Shown here piece by piece: positions 15,169-30,419 of a stretch of 64,000 nt of DNA. Source of the DNA: Eledone cirrhosa (Eukaryota); assembly GCA_964016885.1 (NCBI GenBank), contig OZ024756.1:14260001-14324000 (forward strand). The letters run 5' to 3'. The notes under the pieces were generated by a model. It worked only from the letters and a program-made list of their open reading frames with translations. It was not told where the DNA came from and made no database searches. Every line of letters starts with the position of its first letter. Position 1 is the first letter of the stretch. The translations under genes and the position numbers were made by a program.

Positions 15169-15256
15169 TACATATATATGTATGTATACACATATACATA
15201 GATACTTATGTATATATAATACATGTATGTATACACATATACATAGATACATACTT

Positions 15257-15292
<36 letters not shown>

Positions 15293-15499
15293 ACGAAGGA
15301 GGTGTGGTAAGGAACCAGATGGACCATAACACACCAGAGTACTCAATACTGGGGTAGTAGAGTAGGTAATTGGAAAATGTTAGACCCCGACGGCAGAGAT
15401 CAGCATTTTACCAGTTTTACCAATAAGACTTGGGATAGTAGTGCGTAAATATATAGTCTGGAATTTGCTGTCGAATTTAGAGTTCAGCCGTCAGGTCCC

Positions 15500-15595
<96 letters not shown>

Positions 15596-15599
15596 GAAC

Positions 15600-15878
15600 G
15601 TACCTGGTATGGCGCCGTTGTAGTAACTGGCATAAATGAATAATATATATATATTGCAAGAGATGTCAACATGAATGGACCTCTTATTTTTATCTAAAGA
15701 CATTTTTTCCAATTCCATCCCGCCCGTCCCCTCAATCTATTTTATTTCTCATTCTTTGTTCTGATGAAGGACTAGCGTCCGAAACGTTAAGACCCTCTTC
15801 CTGCTATATCAAGCGTTAACCTAATATATACCTTCCATATACTGTACCGATTGTTTTGTTATTTCTGTTTACCTTTTG
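15600..15878 (+). mobile_element. Family O pLTR-like element with minimal hammerhead (copies 16690-16770, 52425-52630 minus)
   Basis: High identity between copies; hammerhead at 15757-15792. Confidence 0.65.
15757..15792 (+). ncRNA. Minimal Penelope-type hammerhead motif (family O)
   Basis: CUGAUGA-A-GGAC UAGC GUCC-GAAACGUU-AAGA; a mutated second copy lies on minus at ~52513-52548. Confidence 0.7.
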
Positions 15879-15928
15879 CATACATACATACATACATACA
15901 TACATACATACATACATACATACATACA

Positions 15929-16533
15929 TGGTGGCTGCCAACTCGTTTTCGAGTACGGCCACTACTTTATATCCATGTAGGAGAACTCCTACCGATGCGC
16001 TGAACGAGTGTGACTTTTTAGTCCATCCAGCGACTTGAAAACTCTGGTACAAACACTACACTTGTGACAATTATTGACACATAGTGCTGGGCCCATGGTA
16101 CCATGTGACGACAAGTGCAGAGAGATCTCCAGCTATAAAGCAATGCCTGTGCCGTGAAGCTTTTATAGTAAGCAAAGGCACTGCACAAAGCCAGTCCCAC
16201 TCTTTTAACCAAGATGATATTTACCAAAAAGAAGAACAAGTCAACATCATTGGATACCATCAGGGTTGCAGGTGTTATATCAGAGTTTTCCTTCTAGAAT
16301 TCTGCCTTCACAAAGGCTAAGGGGTCGTCTCTCCCGGTGATTTTGGATGACCATTGACTCTTAAGAGCTCCTTTGCCCTTTGACAGGTTTTGTTTTTAGT
16401 CCTGCAGGATGTCCAAAGTCACCCTCCTCACCAAGAAACCTTGGTGGGGTTGCCAGTTTAGTGTCCAACGACCCGACGATGAGACAGGTTGTACTGGGAT
16501 ACATGTTACCAGTAGCACCAACTGGTGACCTGA
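15929..16533 (-). mobile_element. Bipartite non-autonomous RTE-derived element (~600 bp)
   Basis: 5'-UTR-like head joined to an ORF 3' end (CSVCTRVFKSLDGLKSHTRSAHR*, C2H2-like) and short 3' UTR followed by (ATGT)n; five copies in the window. Confidence 0.65.
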
Positions 16534-16619
16534 CATACATACATACATATATATATACATTCATATATATGTATATATATGAATGTATATATATATGTAT
16601 GTATATATATATATGTATG

Positions 16620-16683
<64 letters not shown>

Positions 16684-16768
16684 CATATCTGCCTGCTATA
16701 TCAAGCGTTAACCTAATATATACCTTCCATATACTGTACCTATTGTGTTGTTATTTCTGTTTACCTTT

Positions 16769-16856
<88 letters not shown>

Positions 16857-17400
16857 CCTAGGAATGTATGTATTTGTGTACGTCTATATGTATCTACGAG
16901 GGAAGGAAGTACATTCCGAGTGTGGTAGCTATGCAATGCGCACCCATTAAAGATGGAAGAATTATCATAAATATTTTATAGTTACTCATTAGAGTATTCA
17001 CGTATCATAATGGAGAAAACAATTTCCCCATCGACTGTTGTGAAATGTTATGGCAATTGTTGTGATGTTGTGATGTTGTGAGATAAGAGCAATATAGCCC
17101 GAAGCTATTTATATTATATGACATTGGATTAGACTGGAAATGGCTAAATCGTTAGATTTCATAAAATAGTTTGCCGTACTTTGATATAGCTGTTTCCATT
17201 CGGAGTTTAAAAGAGCCGAAACACTATCATGAGGGAAGGGAGGGAGGGGTGGTGGTGGGGAGGGGGTGTTGGATCTCTGAAGATCTTCTGCTGTCCAACT
17301 CTCTTGAGAGTTTCTTACGACTGCTATACTTTCAATAAACGTAGCATTTCTCTCAACAAAATAACATATTAATAATATGTTGTATAATCAGAAAGTTCCG

Positions 17401-17450
<50 letters not shown>

Positions 17451-17452
<2 letters not shown>

Positions 17453-17492
17453 CATCATCATTATCATCATCATTTTTACGTCCGCTTTTCCC
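17451..17492 (-). mobile_element. Extreme 3' tail fragment of the RTE family (or its SINE partner)
   Basis: Reverse complement reads ggaaaagcggacgtaaaaatgatgatga..., matching the tail at 39040-39080. Confidence 0.55.
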
Positions 17493-17494
17493 TG

Positions 17495-17806
17495 ATATAT
17501 ATATATAATATATATATATATAATATATATATACATATATATAATATAATATATATATATATACATATATATATATTATATATTATATATATATATATAA
17601 TATAATATAATATATATATAATATATAATATATATATACATACATATATATATATTATATATTATATATATATATATATATATAATATAATATAATATAT
17701 ATATAATATAATATATATATATACATATATATATTATATATTATATATATATATATATATAATATAATATATATATACATATATATATTATATATATATA
17801 ATATAT

Positions 17807-17859
<53 letters not shown>

Positions 17860-17969
17860 ATATATATATACATATAATATATATATACATATAATATAAT
17901 ATATATATATACATATTTATATATATATATAATATATAATATATATAATATATATTATATATATACATA

Positions 17970-18012
<43 letters not shown>

Positions 18013-18319
18013 TATATATATATAATATATACATATATATAATATAATATAATATATATACATATATATAATATAATATATATACATATATATAATATAT
18101 TATATATATATATAATATAATATATATACATATATATATTACATATGATATATATATAATATATATATTATATATTATATATATATATTATATATATATA
18201 TATATTACATATTATATATATACATATATATATAATATATTATATATATATATTATATATATATATATAATATATATATATCATATAATATATATAATAT
18301 ATATATATATAATATATAT

Positions 18320-18351
<32 letters not shown>

Positions 18352-18504
18352 ATATATATATATATAATATATATATATATATAATATATATATATATATA
18401 TAATATATATATATATAATATATATAATATATATATATATATAATATATATATATATAATATATATAATATAATATATATATACATAATATATATATATA
18501 ATAT

Positions 18505-18536
<32 letters not shown>
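17495..18536. repeat. Degenerate (TA)n/(TAA) field
   Basis: Direct reading. Confidence 0.95.
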
Positions 18537-18763
18537 ACCATGTCCATTACGAGCTAAGGATCCGCTAAGGTGAAACAATTGTTCTCGGTATGGTGAACTA
18601 ACTATTGTGTAACCACTACTACCTAACTCGTCCCATGGACTAAGTGCTCTACCACTACGGATATTACCTTCCAGTGTTATATATAATATATATATATATA
18701 TATATAATACCACATTTCACGATCAAGGCTCAGATTGTAATATATAGACCCATATTTATATTA

Positions 18764-19199
18764 ATAATTGTTTCTACTTTAGGCACAAGGCCAGCAATTC
18801 ACCAGTGTATTACTGGTACTTTATTTTATCGACCCCGTAAGGATGAAAGGCAAAGTCAACCTCGGCGGGATTTGAACTCAGATCATAAAGGGATGTAACT
18901 ATGCTGGAAGAAGCTGAGCGTGGTTCAGACACATCTTTATATTAATAGCAGTGGTTGAGCGAAGTTTAACATCTATATATTAATAATGGTGCTTGAGCAA
19001 GGTTTAGCCATCTATATATTAATAATTGTTTCTATTTTTGGCACAAGGCCAGCAATTATCCCAGTGTATTACTGGTACTTTATTTTATCGACCCCGTAAG
19101 GATAAAAGGCAAAGTAAACCTCGGCGGGATTTGGACTCAGATCATAAAGGGACGTAACTCTATGCTACAAAGCATGGTGTCCGACTCTCTACCGATACT
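18764..19199 (-). mobile_element. Two SINE copies (18764-18908, 19023-19199)
   Basis: Reverse-complement match to consensus; the second lies within the first units of the 39-bp array. Confidence 0.85.
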
Positions 19200-21937
19200 A
19201 TATTAATAATGGTGCTTGAGCAAGGTTTAGCCATCTATATATTAATAATGGTGCTTGAGCAAGGTTTAGTCATCTATATATTAATAATGGTGCTTGAACA
19301 AGGTTTAGCCATCTATATATTAATAATGGTGCTTGAGCAAGGTTTAGCCATCTATATATTAATAATGGTGCTTGAGCAAGGTTTAGCCATCTATATATTA
19401 ATAATGGTGCTTGAGCAAGGTTTAGTCATCTATATATTAATAATGGTGCTTGAACAAGGTTTAGCCATCTATATATTAATAATGGTGCTTGAGCAAGGTT
19501 TAGCCATCTATATATTAATAATGGTGCTTGAGCAAGGTTTAGTCATCTATATATTAATAATGGTGCTTGAGCAAGGTTTAGTCATCTATATATTAATAAT
19601 GGTGCTTGAGCAAGGTTTAGCCATCTATATATTAATAATGGTGCTTGAGCAAGGTTTAGCCATCTATATATTAATAATGGTGCTTGAGCAAGGTTTAGTC
19701 ATCTATATATTAATAATGGTGCTTGAGCAAGGTTTAGTCATCTATATATTAATAATGGTGCTTGAGCAAGGTTTAGCCATCTATATATTAATAATGGTGC
19801 TTGAGCAAGGTTTAGCCATCTATATATTAATAATGGTGCTTGAGCAAGGTTTAGCCATCTATATATTAATAATGGTGCTTGAGCAAGGTTTAGCCATCTA
19901 TATATTAATAATGGTGCTTGAGCAAGATTTAGTCATCTATATATTAATAATGGTGCTTGAGCAAGGTTTAGCCATCTATATATTAATAATGGTGCTTGAG
20001 CAAGATTTAGTCATCTATATATTAATAATGGTGTTTGAGCAAGGTTTAGCCATCTATATATTAATAATGGTGCTTGAGCAAGGTTTAGTCATCTATATAT
20101 TAATAATGGTGCTTGAGCAAGGTTTAGCCATCTATATATTAATAATGGTGCTTGAGCAAGGTTTAGCCATCTATATATTAATAATGGTGCTTGAGCAAGG
20201 TTTAGCCATCTATATATTAATAATGGTGCTTGAGCAAGATTTAGTCATCTATATATTAATAATGGTGCTTGAGCAAGGTTTAGCCATCTATATATTAATA
20301 ATGGTGCTTGAGCAAGGTTTAGCCATCTATATATTAATAATGGTGTTTGAGCAAGGTTTAGCCATCTATATATTAATAATGGTGCTTGAGCAAGGTTTAG
20401 CCAACTATATATTAATAATGGTGCTTGAGCAAGGTTTAGTCATCTATATATTAATAATGGTGCTTGAGCAAGGTTTAGCCATCTATATATTAATAATGGT
20501 GCTTGAGCAAGGTTTAGCCAACTATATATTAATAATGGTGCTTGAGCAAGGTTTAGTCATCTATATATTAATAATGGTGCTTGAGCAAGGTTTAGTCATC
20601 TATATATTAATAATGGTGCTTGAGCAAGGTTTAGCCATCTATATATTAATAATGGTGCTTGAGCAAGGTTTAGCCATCTATATATTAATAATGGTGTTTG
20701 AGCAAGGTTTAGCCATCTATATATTAATAATGGTGCTTGAGCAAGGTTTAGTCATCTATATATTAATAATGGTGCTTGAGCAAGGTTTAGCCATCTATAT
20801 ATTAATAATGGTGCCTGAGCAAGGTTTAGCCAACTATATATTAATAATGGTGCTTGAGCAAGGTTTAGTCATCTATATATTAATAATGGTGCTTGAGCAA
20901 GGTTTAGCCATCTATATATTAATAATGGTGCTTGAGCAAGGTTTAGTCATCTATATATTAATAATGGTGCTTGAGCAAGGTTTAGTCATCTATATATTAA
21001 TAATGGTGCTTGAGCAAGGTTTAGCCATCTATATATTAATAATGGTGCTTGAGCAAGGTTTAGCCATCTATATATTAATAATGGTGCTTGAGCAAGGTTT
21101 AGCCAACTATATATTAATAATGGTGCTTGAGCAAGGTTTAGCCATCTATATATTAATAATGGTGCTTGAGCAAGGTTTAGCCAACTATATATTAATAATG
21201 GTGCTTGAGCAAGGTTTAGCCATCTATATATTAATAATGGTGCTTGAGCAAGGTTTAGCCATCTATATATTAATAATGGTGCTTGAGCAAGGTTTAGCCA
21301 TCTATATATTAATAATGGTGCTTGAGCAAGGTTTAGTCATCTATATATTAATAATGGTGCTTGAGCAAGGTTTAGTCATCTATATATTAATAATGGTGCT
21401 TGAGCAAGGTTTAGCCATCTATATATTAATAATGGTGCTTGAGCAAGGTTTAGCCATCTATATATTAATAATGGTGCCTGAGCAAGGTTTAGCCAACTAT
21501 ATATTAATAATGGTGCTTGAGCAAGGTTTAGTCATCTATATATTAATAATGGTGCTTGAGCAAGGTTTAGCCATCTATATATTAATAATGGTGCTTGAGC
21601 AAGGTTTAGTCATCTATATATTAATAATGGTGCTTGAGCAAGGTTTAGCCATCTATATATTAATAATGGTGCTTGAGCAAGGTTTAGCCAACTATATATT
21701 AATAATGGTGCTTGAGCAAGGTTTAGTCATCTATATATTAATAATGGTGCTTGAGCAAGGTTTAGTCATCTATATATTAATAATGGTGCTTGAGCAAGGT
21801 TTAGCCATCTATATATTAATAATGGTGCCTGAGCAAGGTTTAGCCAACTATATATTAATAATGGTGCTTGAGCAAGGTTTAGTCATCTATATATTAATAA
21901 TGGTGCTTGAGCAAGGTTTAGTCATCTATATATTAAA
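19200..21937. repeat. 39-bp minisatellite, about 70 units
   Basis: Unit ATATTAATAATGGTGCTTGAGCAAGGTTTAGYCATCTAT; diverged units at 18935-19025. Confidence 0.97.
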
Positions 21938-23092
21938 AATGGAATTTGAGCGACGTTTATCTCCATTTGTATTTTTTACTTTCATTCTGGTAGAAACACG
22001 TTTAAAAAACAACAGATAGTGGCATTATTTCTTCATATTTCTAACAAATTGATCAATGTTTCAAATTCCCCATCAAATCACTTCATTAGAAAATCGATGA
22101 AATAAATAATTCATTTCACACACACGCACACATATTCACGGAGTATATACACTCACATATCTACAAATATACACATGTATATACTATACACAACACACTC
22201 GGAAATATAGTTTTTAAGAATACTCTGTTAATTATATATATATATATATATATATAATGGTATAATAAATGTATGGAACTAACACATCGTTACTAATAAT
22301 TTTATGACAGTTTTTTTTAATACAGTCAATCATTGGACGATATAAAACGAGCGTCCTTCAACAAACCCACACCATCTTAGACATATACAATTTGAAACAC
22401 AGAGGAAAATATTTAACTTAATTTAAAAAAAAAAGATAATATGATAGGAACTTATATAATATTTGTGAAATGAAAAGAAAAAGACAAAACATAGAAACGA
22501 CTTAATTAAATTGTTTCTAAAAACTCGACACATCTTAAAGCTGGGTGTTTATCTATTTCGCCTTCTTGTTCCCTTACCAGGTAAATACAGCTTCTCAGAC
22601 GATAAATATGAAGCGAAGAGTGCGCACCCTACATCCGGGGTATTTGGTGGTAAGGGCCGACGTTTTTAGTGTTCTACCACTGTTGTTCCTGTTCTTGTTG
22701 CAACCAGCACCAACTAGTTTTCTTACAATGGCTGTTATTTACTGTTACTCAATTTATATTCAATTTGTCTTGTTTTTCGTTGCTTATTTTTACAATTAAA
22801 ATTTGAAAAAAAAAAGAGTAAATTAACTGAATTTATACATTATCATGTGATCAGATTCGGATTTATTTATTTATTTTGTGGTTTGTTTTAGCACTTTTTT
22901 GTACGTTGTAGCATTTCTTTCACCAGTGAGAAGCCAATGGCCCGAAAAATTGTGACGTTAAAAATATATGATCACTAGCGCGCTCACATACATATATACA
23001 TACACACACATATATAAATATGTGTATATATATGTATACACACACATATGCATATATATACACACACATATGCATATATATATACACACATA

Positions 23093-23145
<53 letters not shown>

Positions 23146-23147
23146 GC

Positions 23148-23180
<33 letters not shown>

Positions 23181-23498
23181 GTAATAATAATAAATGTGAA
23201 GACTAAAATCCGAAGAGGGCTCGATAAGGATAATATATATATCAAAATATATAAAACCATAGAGCAAATATTTATTAAAATAACAGATTAAAGTTTAAGC
23301 AAAGAATCGCTGCTTTCACCCTTAACGGAATCTTCTGAAACTAAAAAAAAAAAAAAAAATCAATCTGTGGACGCAGAAGTAAATATTTCGAAAAACGTTG
23401 GTTCTTTATAGAAATATTCAGGTGTTGTTTCTGCTTGTTGATTAAAAGTCTATAGAGTGCTCAACGAGTGCTCAAAGAACATTAATATATATATATAT

Positions 23499-23867
23499 AA
23501 CGAAGGAAATGTGGTAAGGAACCAGGTGGACCATAACGCACCAAAGTACTCAATACTTAGAGTAGTAGAGTGGGTAATAGGAACCAGTAAGACCCCGACG
23601 GCTGAGCTCAAGCCGTTTCGACGGCTTGGCAGTATCGGTAGAGGGTCGGACGCCATGCTTTCCAGCAGAGTTACGTCCCTTTACGATCTGAGTTCAAATC
23701 CCGCCGAGGTTGACTTTGCCTTTCATCCTTACGGGGTCGATAAAATAAAGTACCAGTAATGCACTGGGTAATTTGCTGGCCTTGTGCCAAATGTAGAAAC
23801 AATTATTAGTCCAGAATTAGCCGTCGAAACGGCTTGAGCTCAGCCGTCGGGGTCTTACTGGTTCCTA
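23499..23867. mobile_element. Family A element with a SINE at the inversion point
   Basis: Left arm ends ..gacggct, SINE 23627-23807, right arm starts agtccag at 23808. Confidence 0.8.
23627..23807 (+). mobile_element. SINE at centre of family A palindrome
   Basis: Consensus match, lacks the first ~10 nt, no visible TSD. Confidence 0.85.
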
Positions 23868-23925
23868 TATATATATATTATATTAATGTTCTTTGTATAT
23901 ATATATATATATATATTAATAAACA

Positions 23926-23969
<44 letters not shown>

Positions 23970-24466
23970 TGTTCTTTGTGTCTTCGTAAATAATTTGCAG
24001 ATTGTAGCAATCTTTAAACTTCTTCGATTCTGTAGTGAATCGAAATAAACCCAAACACGTTATTGATCCTCTCCTAGGGCTTACTTACACTATATATACC
24101 ATAGCTTCATGTATGTGGCTTCTCACTGTTGCTTAAGAAAATTACAATGATAAGATTTTGTTTTTAAATGTCTGAAACAAACATTTGCGCTTTTGTTGCT
24201 TTTCAAAATGGCTTCCACGCAGATATTTTCGTCTTCCTTGTTATTTCTGTTATTATTGTTATTGTTGCCGCTACGCTTTACCGCTGGTAAATACTTCCTG
24301 CATCTTTTTGCAAGCTTGCACTCAGTATCATATGTATGCATGCATGTAAGTATGTGTATTATATATACATATATACATATGTATGTGATATATATATATA
24401 TATATATGCATACATGTGCATATATTTATAAATATAAATATATATTCTACACATATACAGACACAA

Positions 24467-24541
<75 letters not shown>

Positions 24542-25142
24542 TTTGAGTGTGTGTCGTGTGCAAACTACATCCTCACAGATGAGCTGCGATGCATCATGGG
24601 TGATGTGCTCTCGGGTCATGAGGTGTTTGTGTTTGTAGAAGACAACGGGGAGGAGGAGGAGGGATCAACATCGGAGCGGTGTTAGCGGGGATGCAGACTT
24701 AGACAAGGTTGTATGGAAAGCAACATTTACCTATGCAATATGGCATCGCTATCTTCACGATCTTGGCTGGCCAAAAGTAGGGCTACGGCATTTATAGCGA
24801 GACCAGGGGTGACGGGGAACCTCTAGCCATAAGGCCCGCATGTGGCCTAATGAGATATCAAATACTGCCTTCTGAAAGAAGCACACAGTTCGTTAAAATA
24901 ACTTGTTTAGAGAGATCATATTTTTGTTTCGAAATGTGGCCTTATTGGAAATCGGTTAATTCCATTGCGGCGTTCCAGTATAAGAATGTCCCTTACTCTT
25001 CAGCAAGATACCAGTATCATTACAGGGGCCGCCAGGATGCAGACGAACATAGCATTGGACTGCTCTAGGATTAGGAACTCCAGGTCTTCCTACATCTCTC
25101 GCACCCCCCGGCGTCTATCTCTCACACACAATATATATATAT

Positions 25143-25300
25143 AAGTCCGGGTTCAATCGGAGTTAACCACAGTAAGTAAGGTACTCAAAACATTAGTAGA
25201 GTGTATACAACAAATTTAATAATGGCTTCTACAGGACTAGAACTGTTTCATTCGAATGAAACAGTTCTAGTCCTCTAGAGCCATTTTTATATTAAATTTG

Positions 25301-25303
<3 letters not shown>
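25143..25303. mobile_element. Asymmetric palindrome family F (relatives 3452-3530, 9556-9620, 10289-10390)
   Basis: Arms centred on cattcgaatg; (TA)n flanks. Confidence 0.7.
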
Positions 25304-25355
<52 letters not shown>

Positions 25356-25358
<3 letters not shown>

Positions 25359-25586
25359 GGTAGTAGAGTGGGTAATAGGAACGAGTAGAACCCGACGGCT
25401 GAGCTCAAGCCATTTCGACGGCTAATTCTGGACTAAAAAAAAAAAAAAAAAGTCCAGAATTAGCCGTCGAAACTGCTTGAGCTCAGCCGTCGGGTTCTAC
25501 TCGTTCCTATTACCCACTCTACTACCCTAAGTATTGAGTACTTTGGTGCGTTATCGTCCATCTGGTTCCTTATCACATTTCCTTCG

Positions 25587-25588
<2 letters not shown>
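25356..25588. mobile_element. Family A element with poly(A) spacer
   Basis: Arms ..tctggact (A)17 gtccaga..; (TA)n flanks. Confidence 0.8.
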
Positions 25589-25674
<86 letters not shown>

Positions 25675-25839
25675 GTGTGTGCATGCATGTGTGTGTGTAT
25701 GCATGTATGTATGTGTGTGTGTGCGTGTGTATGTAGAAAAACGTAGGAAAATATCTGGGAAAATAACTTAGAAGGTAAAATACTCCTATAGACGGAAAAA
25801 GTAACCAGCAGCCGCTATAACGATTTGAACTCGGTACCC

Positions 25840-25895
<56 letters not shown>

Positions 25896-26308
25896 TATGT
25901 ATATATATATGCATGTACAAGTATACTTAATATTATTTAGCCAATCAGCATCAACTATTTATTAATTCCTATTACTGCACAGATCACATTTGCCTTTTTA
26001 CGTCACACATCACATGGTATTCTTATTGTTGCATGGTTGAATAATCAGTGTTGCATTATGGCGCCCATTTGTATCTTCCACGCTATCACCATCATCATCA
26101 TTATCATCATCACCAACACACTCACCAGTATATCGGAGTACATGGGATGTGAATGAAGAGAAATGCATCAGGTATGTGTCAGTTCTGCACATTGCAGAAG
26201 GGTGCGCAGTATATAATCTACCACATGCAATTTTCTGGATATAGGAAACGGGACGACCGAATCATCGAACATAGAAGGGGCAGGAAAAAAATTTGAAATC
26301 ATTATCAG

Positions 26309-27336
26309 GGATTGACAGTATCGGTAGAGGGTCGGACGCCATGCTTTGACGCATAGAGTTACGGCCCTTGCCATTCTGAGTTCAAATTCCGGCGAGGTTA
26401 ACTTTGCCTTTCGTCCTTACGGAGGTCGATAAAATAAAGTACCAGTAATGCACTGGGATAATTGCTGGCCTTGTGCCAAAAGTAGAAACAATTATCAATA
26501 ACTAAGGGACAAGTGTATGTCCCATTGCCCGGAGGAGGAGCAAAAAGAAAAAGTATTATGAGAATAATTGTTTCTACTTTTGGCACAAGGCCAGAAATTA
26601 TCCCAGTGTATTACTGGTACTTTATTTTATCGACCCCGTAAGGATGAAAGGCAAAGTTAACCTCGACGGGATTTGAACTCAGAATGGCAAGGGATGTAAC
26701 ACTATGCGTCAAAACATGGCGTCCGACCCTCTACCGATACGGCCAATCCATAATAATGGTTTTTGATGTAGGCACAAGGCCAACAATTTGGGAATGGAGG
26801 GGAAAGTCGATTAAATCGACCCAAGTGTGTTACTGGTACTAAATTTTATCGAGCCCGGTAAGGATGAAAGGCAAAGTTAACCTCGGTGGGATTCGAACTC
26901 AGAATGTAAAGTACCGTAACTCTATGCTGCAAAGCATATTGCCCGACGCTCTACCGATTACTGAGATCATAAAGTGAGGTAACTCTATGCTTCAAAGCAT
27001 GGCGCCCGACCCTCTACCGTCAGTATAATAATGTAAAAGTAAAAAGACATCTATCGATCGTCATACTCACACCCCATTCGCTTAGCGAGTTGGAACTCGT
27101 CAGATCGGACCAAGGAAACAATGTTTCCATTGGTCTTTCCTTTGCTGGCATTGTGGATTGGCAGTATCAGTAGAGGGTCGGACGCCATGCTTTCCAGCAT
27201 AGTTACGTCCCTTTACGATCTGAGTTCAAATCCCGCCGAGGTTGACTTTGCCTTTCATCCTTACGGGGTCGATAAAATAAAGTACCAGTAATGTACTGGG
27301 TAATTGCTGGCCTTGTGCTAAAAATAGAAACAATTA
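26309..27336. mobile_element. Cluster of four SINE copies (26309-26493 +, 26566-26749 -, 26752-27020 - longer variant, 27153-27336 +)
   Basis: Consensus match; the third copy has an extra internal segment and a duplicated head. Confidence 0.85.
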
Positions 27337-27434
27337 TCTAGTTGGAATTCCTCGTTATAAAAAACAATTAAAAAAGCTAGACACTGCAGACTCACGATAT
27401 GACAGAGACAAGTTCTAAGTATTTTTGTCGACAC

Positions 27435-29365
27435 TATATTATATATATATATTTATATGTGTGTGTGTGTCTGTGTGAAATTATATATATATATATATAT
27501 ATATATACAGATATATACATATATACTCGTATATACACATAAATATATACATATATATATATACATATGCATACATATATATATATTTATATGTGTGTGT
27601 GTGTCTGCGTGAAATTATATATATATATATACAGATATATACATATATACTCGTATATACTCATAAATATATACATATATATATATATATACATATGCAT
27701 ACATACATATATATATATATATACATATATAAACATAAATCTATACATATACATATATACATATACAAACATAAATATATACATATACATATATAAACAT
27801 AAATATATACATATACATATATATATATATACATATATAAACATATATATATATACATATATAAACATATACATATATATATACATATATAAACATATAT
27901 ATATATATATACATATATAAACATATATATATATACATATATAAACATATATATATATACATATATAAACATATATATATATATATATATATACATATAT
28001 AAACATATATATATATATACATATATAAAAATATATATATACATATATAAACATATACATATATAAACATATATAAACATATACATATATAAACATATAT
28101 AAACATATATATATATATATATACATGTATATATATATACACATGTATATATATACATATATACACATGTAAACATATATGTATATATGTGTATATATAT
28201 ATATATATGTATATATATACATACGTATATATACATGTATATATACATACATATATACACATGTAAACATGTATATGTTTATATGTGTATATATATATGT
28301 ATATATATATACACATGTATATATATACATATATACACATGTAAACATATATACATGTATATATATACATACATATATACATATATATGCATATATACAC
28401 GTATATGCATATATACATATATATATTTATAGACATATATATATATATGCACGTATATACATATATATATATATATATGCACGTATATACATATATATAT
28501 ATATATATGCACGTATATACATATATATATATATACATATATGCACATACATAGCTATATATACATACATATATGCACATATATACACATGCATATATGT
28601 ACACATATATACACATATATACATATGCACATATATACATATATACACATATATACACATATATGCACATATATACATATATACACATATATGCACATAT
28701 ATACACATATATATATACACGTATATATACACATATATACATATATATACATAGATATACACATATATATATATATACATATATATACATAGATACACAG
28801 ATACATATATATACATAGATATACAGATACATATATATACATAGATATACACATATATATATACATATATATATACATAGATACACACACATATATATAT
28901 ATACATATATATACACATACATATACATAGATACACACATATATATACATAGATACACACATATATATATATATACACATATATATACACATATATATAC
29001 ATAGATACACACACATATATATATATATACATATATATACACATATATATACATAGATACGCACATATATATATACATATATATACACATATATATACAT
29101 AGATACACACACATATATATATATATACACATATACACATATATATACATAGATACACACATATATATATATATATATACATAGATACACACATATATGT
29201 ACATAGATACACACATATATATATACATAGATACACACACATATATATATATGTACATATATACATACATATATATACATATATATACATATATATACAT
29301 ATATAGATACATATATATATACACATATATATATATACATGTATATAGTTATATATATATAAATA
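27435..29365. repeat. Compound (TA)n/(CATA)n microsatellite field
   Basis: Direct reading. Confidence 0.95.
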
Positions 29366-29514
29366 TAACAACGACACAGACATCTGAAATCGCTCATCAG
29401 AATGAAGTTTTATTTGCAGTGGATGTAAGATATGGATTTCAAAACAAGGGCAAAAACAATGAAAGCGAGGCTGATATAAATTAAAATAACGGACGTAGTG
29501 TAATAGGAAAAATA

Positions 29515-29554
<40 letters not shown>

Positions 29555-29672
29555 GTTTAACAAGGTTCAATGAATTCATCAATGAATAAAGTTTCACAAT
29601 AGATTAGAAGCACTCTACAAAGTGTTTTCTGGAGTTATTAATATTACTTCAAAATATTATATTTTATTATAC

Positions 29673-29741
<69 letters not shown>

Positions 29742-30185
29742 ATATATATATAATATATATATATAATATATATATAATATATATATATATAATATATATA
29801 TAATATATATATATAATATATATATAATATATATATAATATATATAATATATATATATATAATATATATATATATATAATATATATAATATATATATATA
29901 TATAATATATATATATATAATATATATAATATATATATATAATATATATAATATATATATATAATATATATAATATATATATATATATAATATATATATA
30001 TATATATAATATATATATATATATATAATATATATATATATATAAGTATCTACTCACGCATATACTTTTACTCACAAACATACACATAAACATAGGTACA
30101 TGTACCCACACACATATACATACATACACACGTACATGTGCACACACATATATACATACACATACATATATACATACACACGTAG

Positions 30186-30302
<117 letters not shown>

Positions 30303-30364
30303 AACATATAAAATAAAATAATTAAGTCAAATATTTAAGATCTGGCTTCGTTTATTAAAGATGT

Positions 30365-30419
30365 ACTGCTATATATATTTCGGTGGCAGCCATCATTGGC
30401 TGTGACCTCTTCAGGCAGT
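30365..30419 (-). ncRNA. Inverted copy of family B hammerhead
   Basis: Near-exact reverse complement of 30621-30675. Confidence 0.8.

Noticed and set aside
19220-19231. caaggtttagc shared between the 39-bp unit and the family N terminus (277-287)
   Set aside because: Only 11 bp; plausibly chance.
19200-21937. CRISPR-like array
   Set aside because: Units are head-to-tail with no unique spacers; eukaryotic context and no cas genes.
19209-22019. 936-aa ORF of 13-aa hydrophobic repeats
   Set aside because: A consequence of a stop-free 39-bp unit; it starts directly after a SINE and has no unique domain or splice support.
22541-22580. Possible exon ending CAG/gtaaat; also GC-richer 24580-24710
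   Set aside because: No convincing acceptor-donor pair or recognisable peptide.
26049-26171. Possible exon VALWRPFVSSTLSPSSS...EEKCI before gtatgt
   Set aside because: Weak acceptor, partly (TCA)n repeat, and phase does not directly match the exon at 50591.
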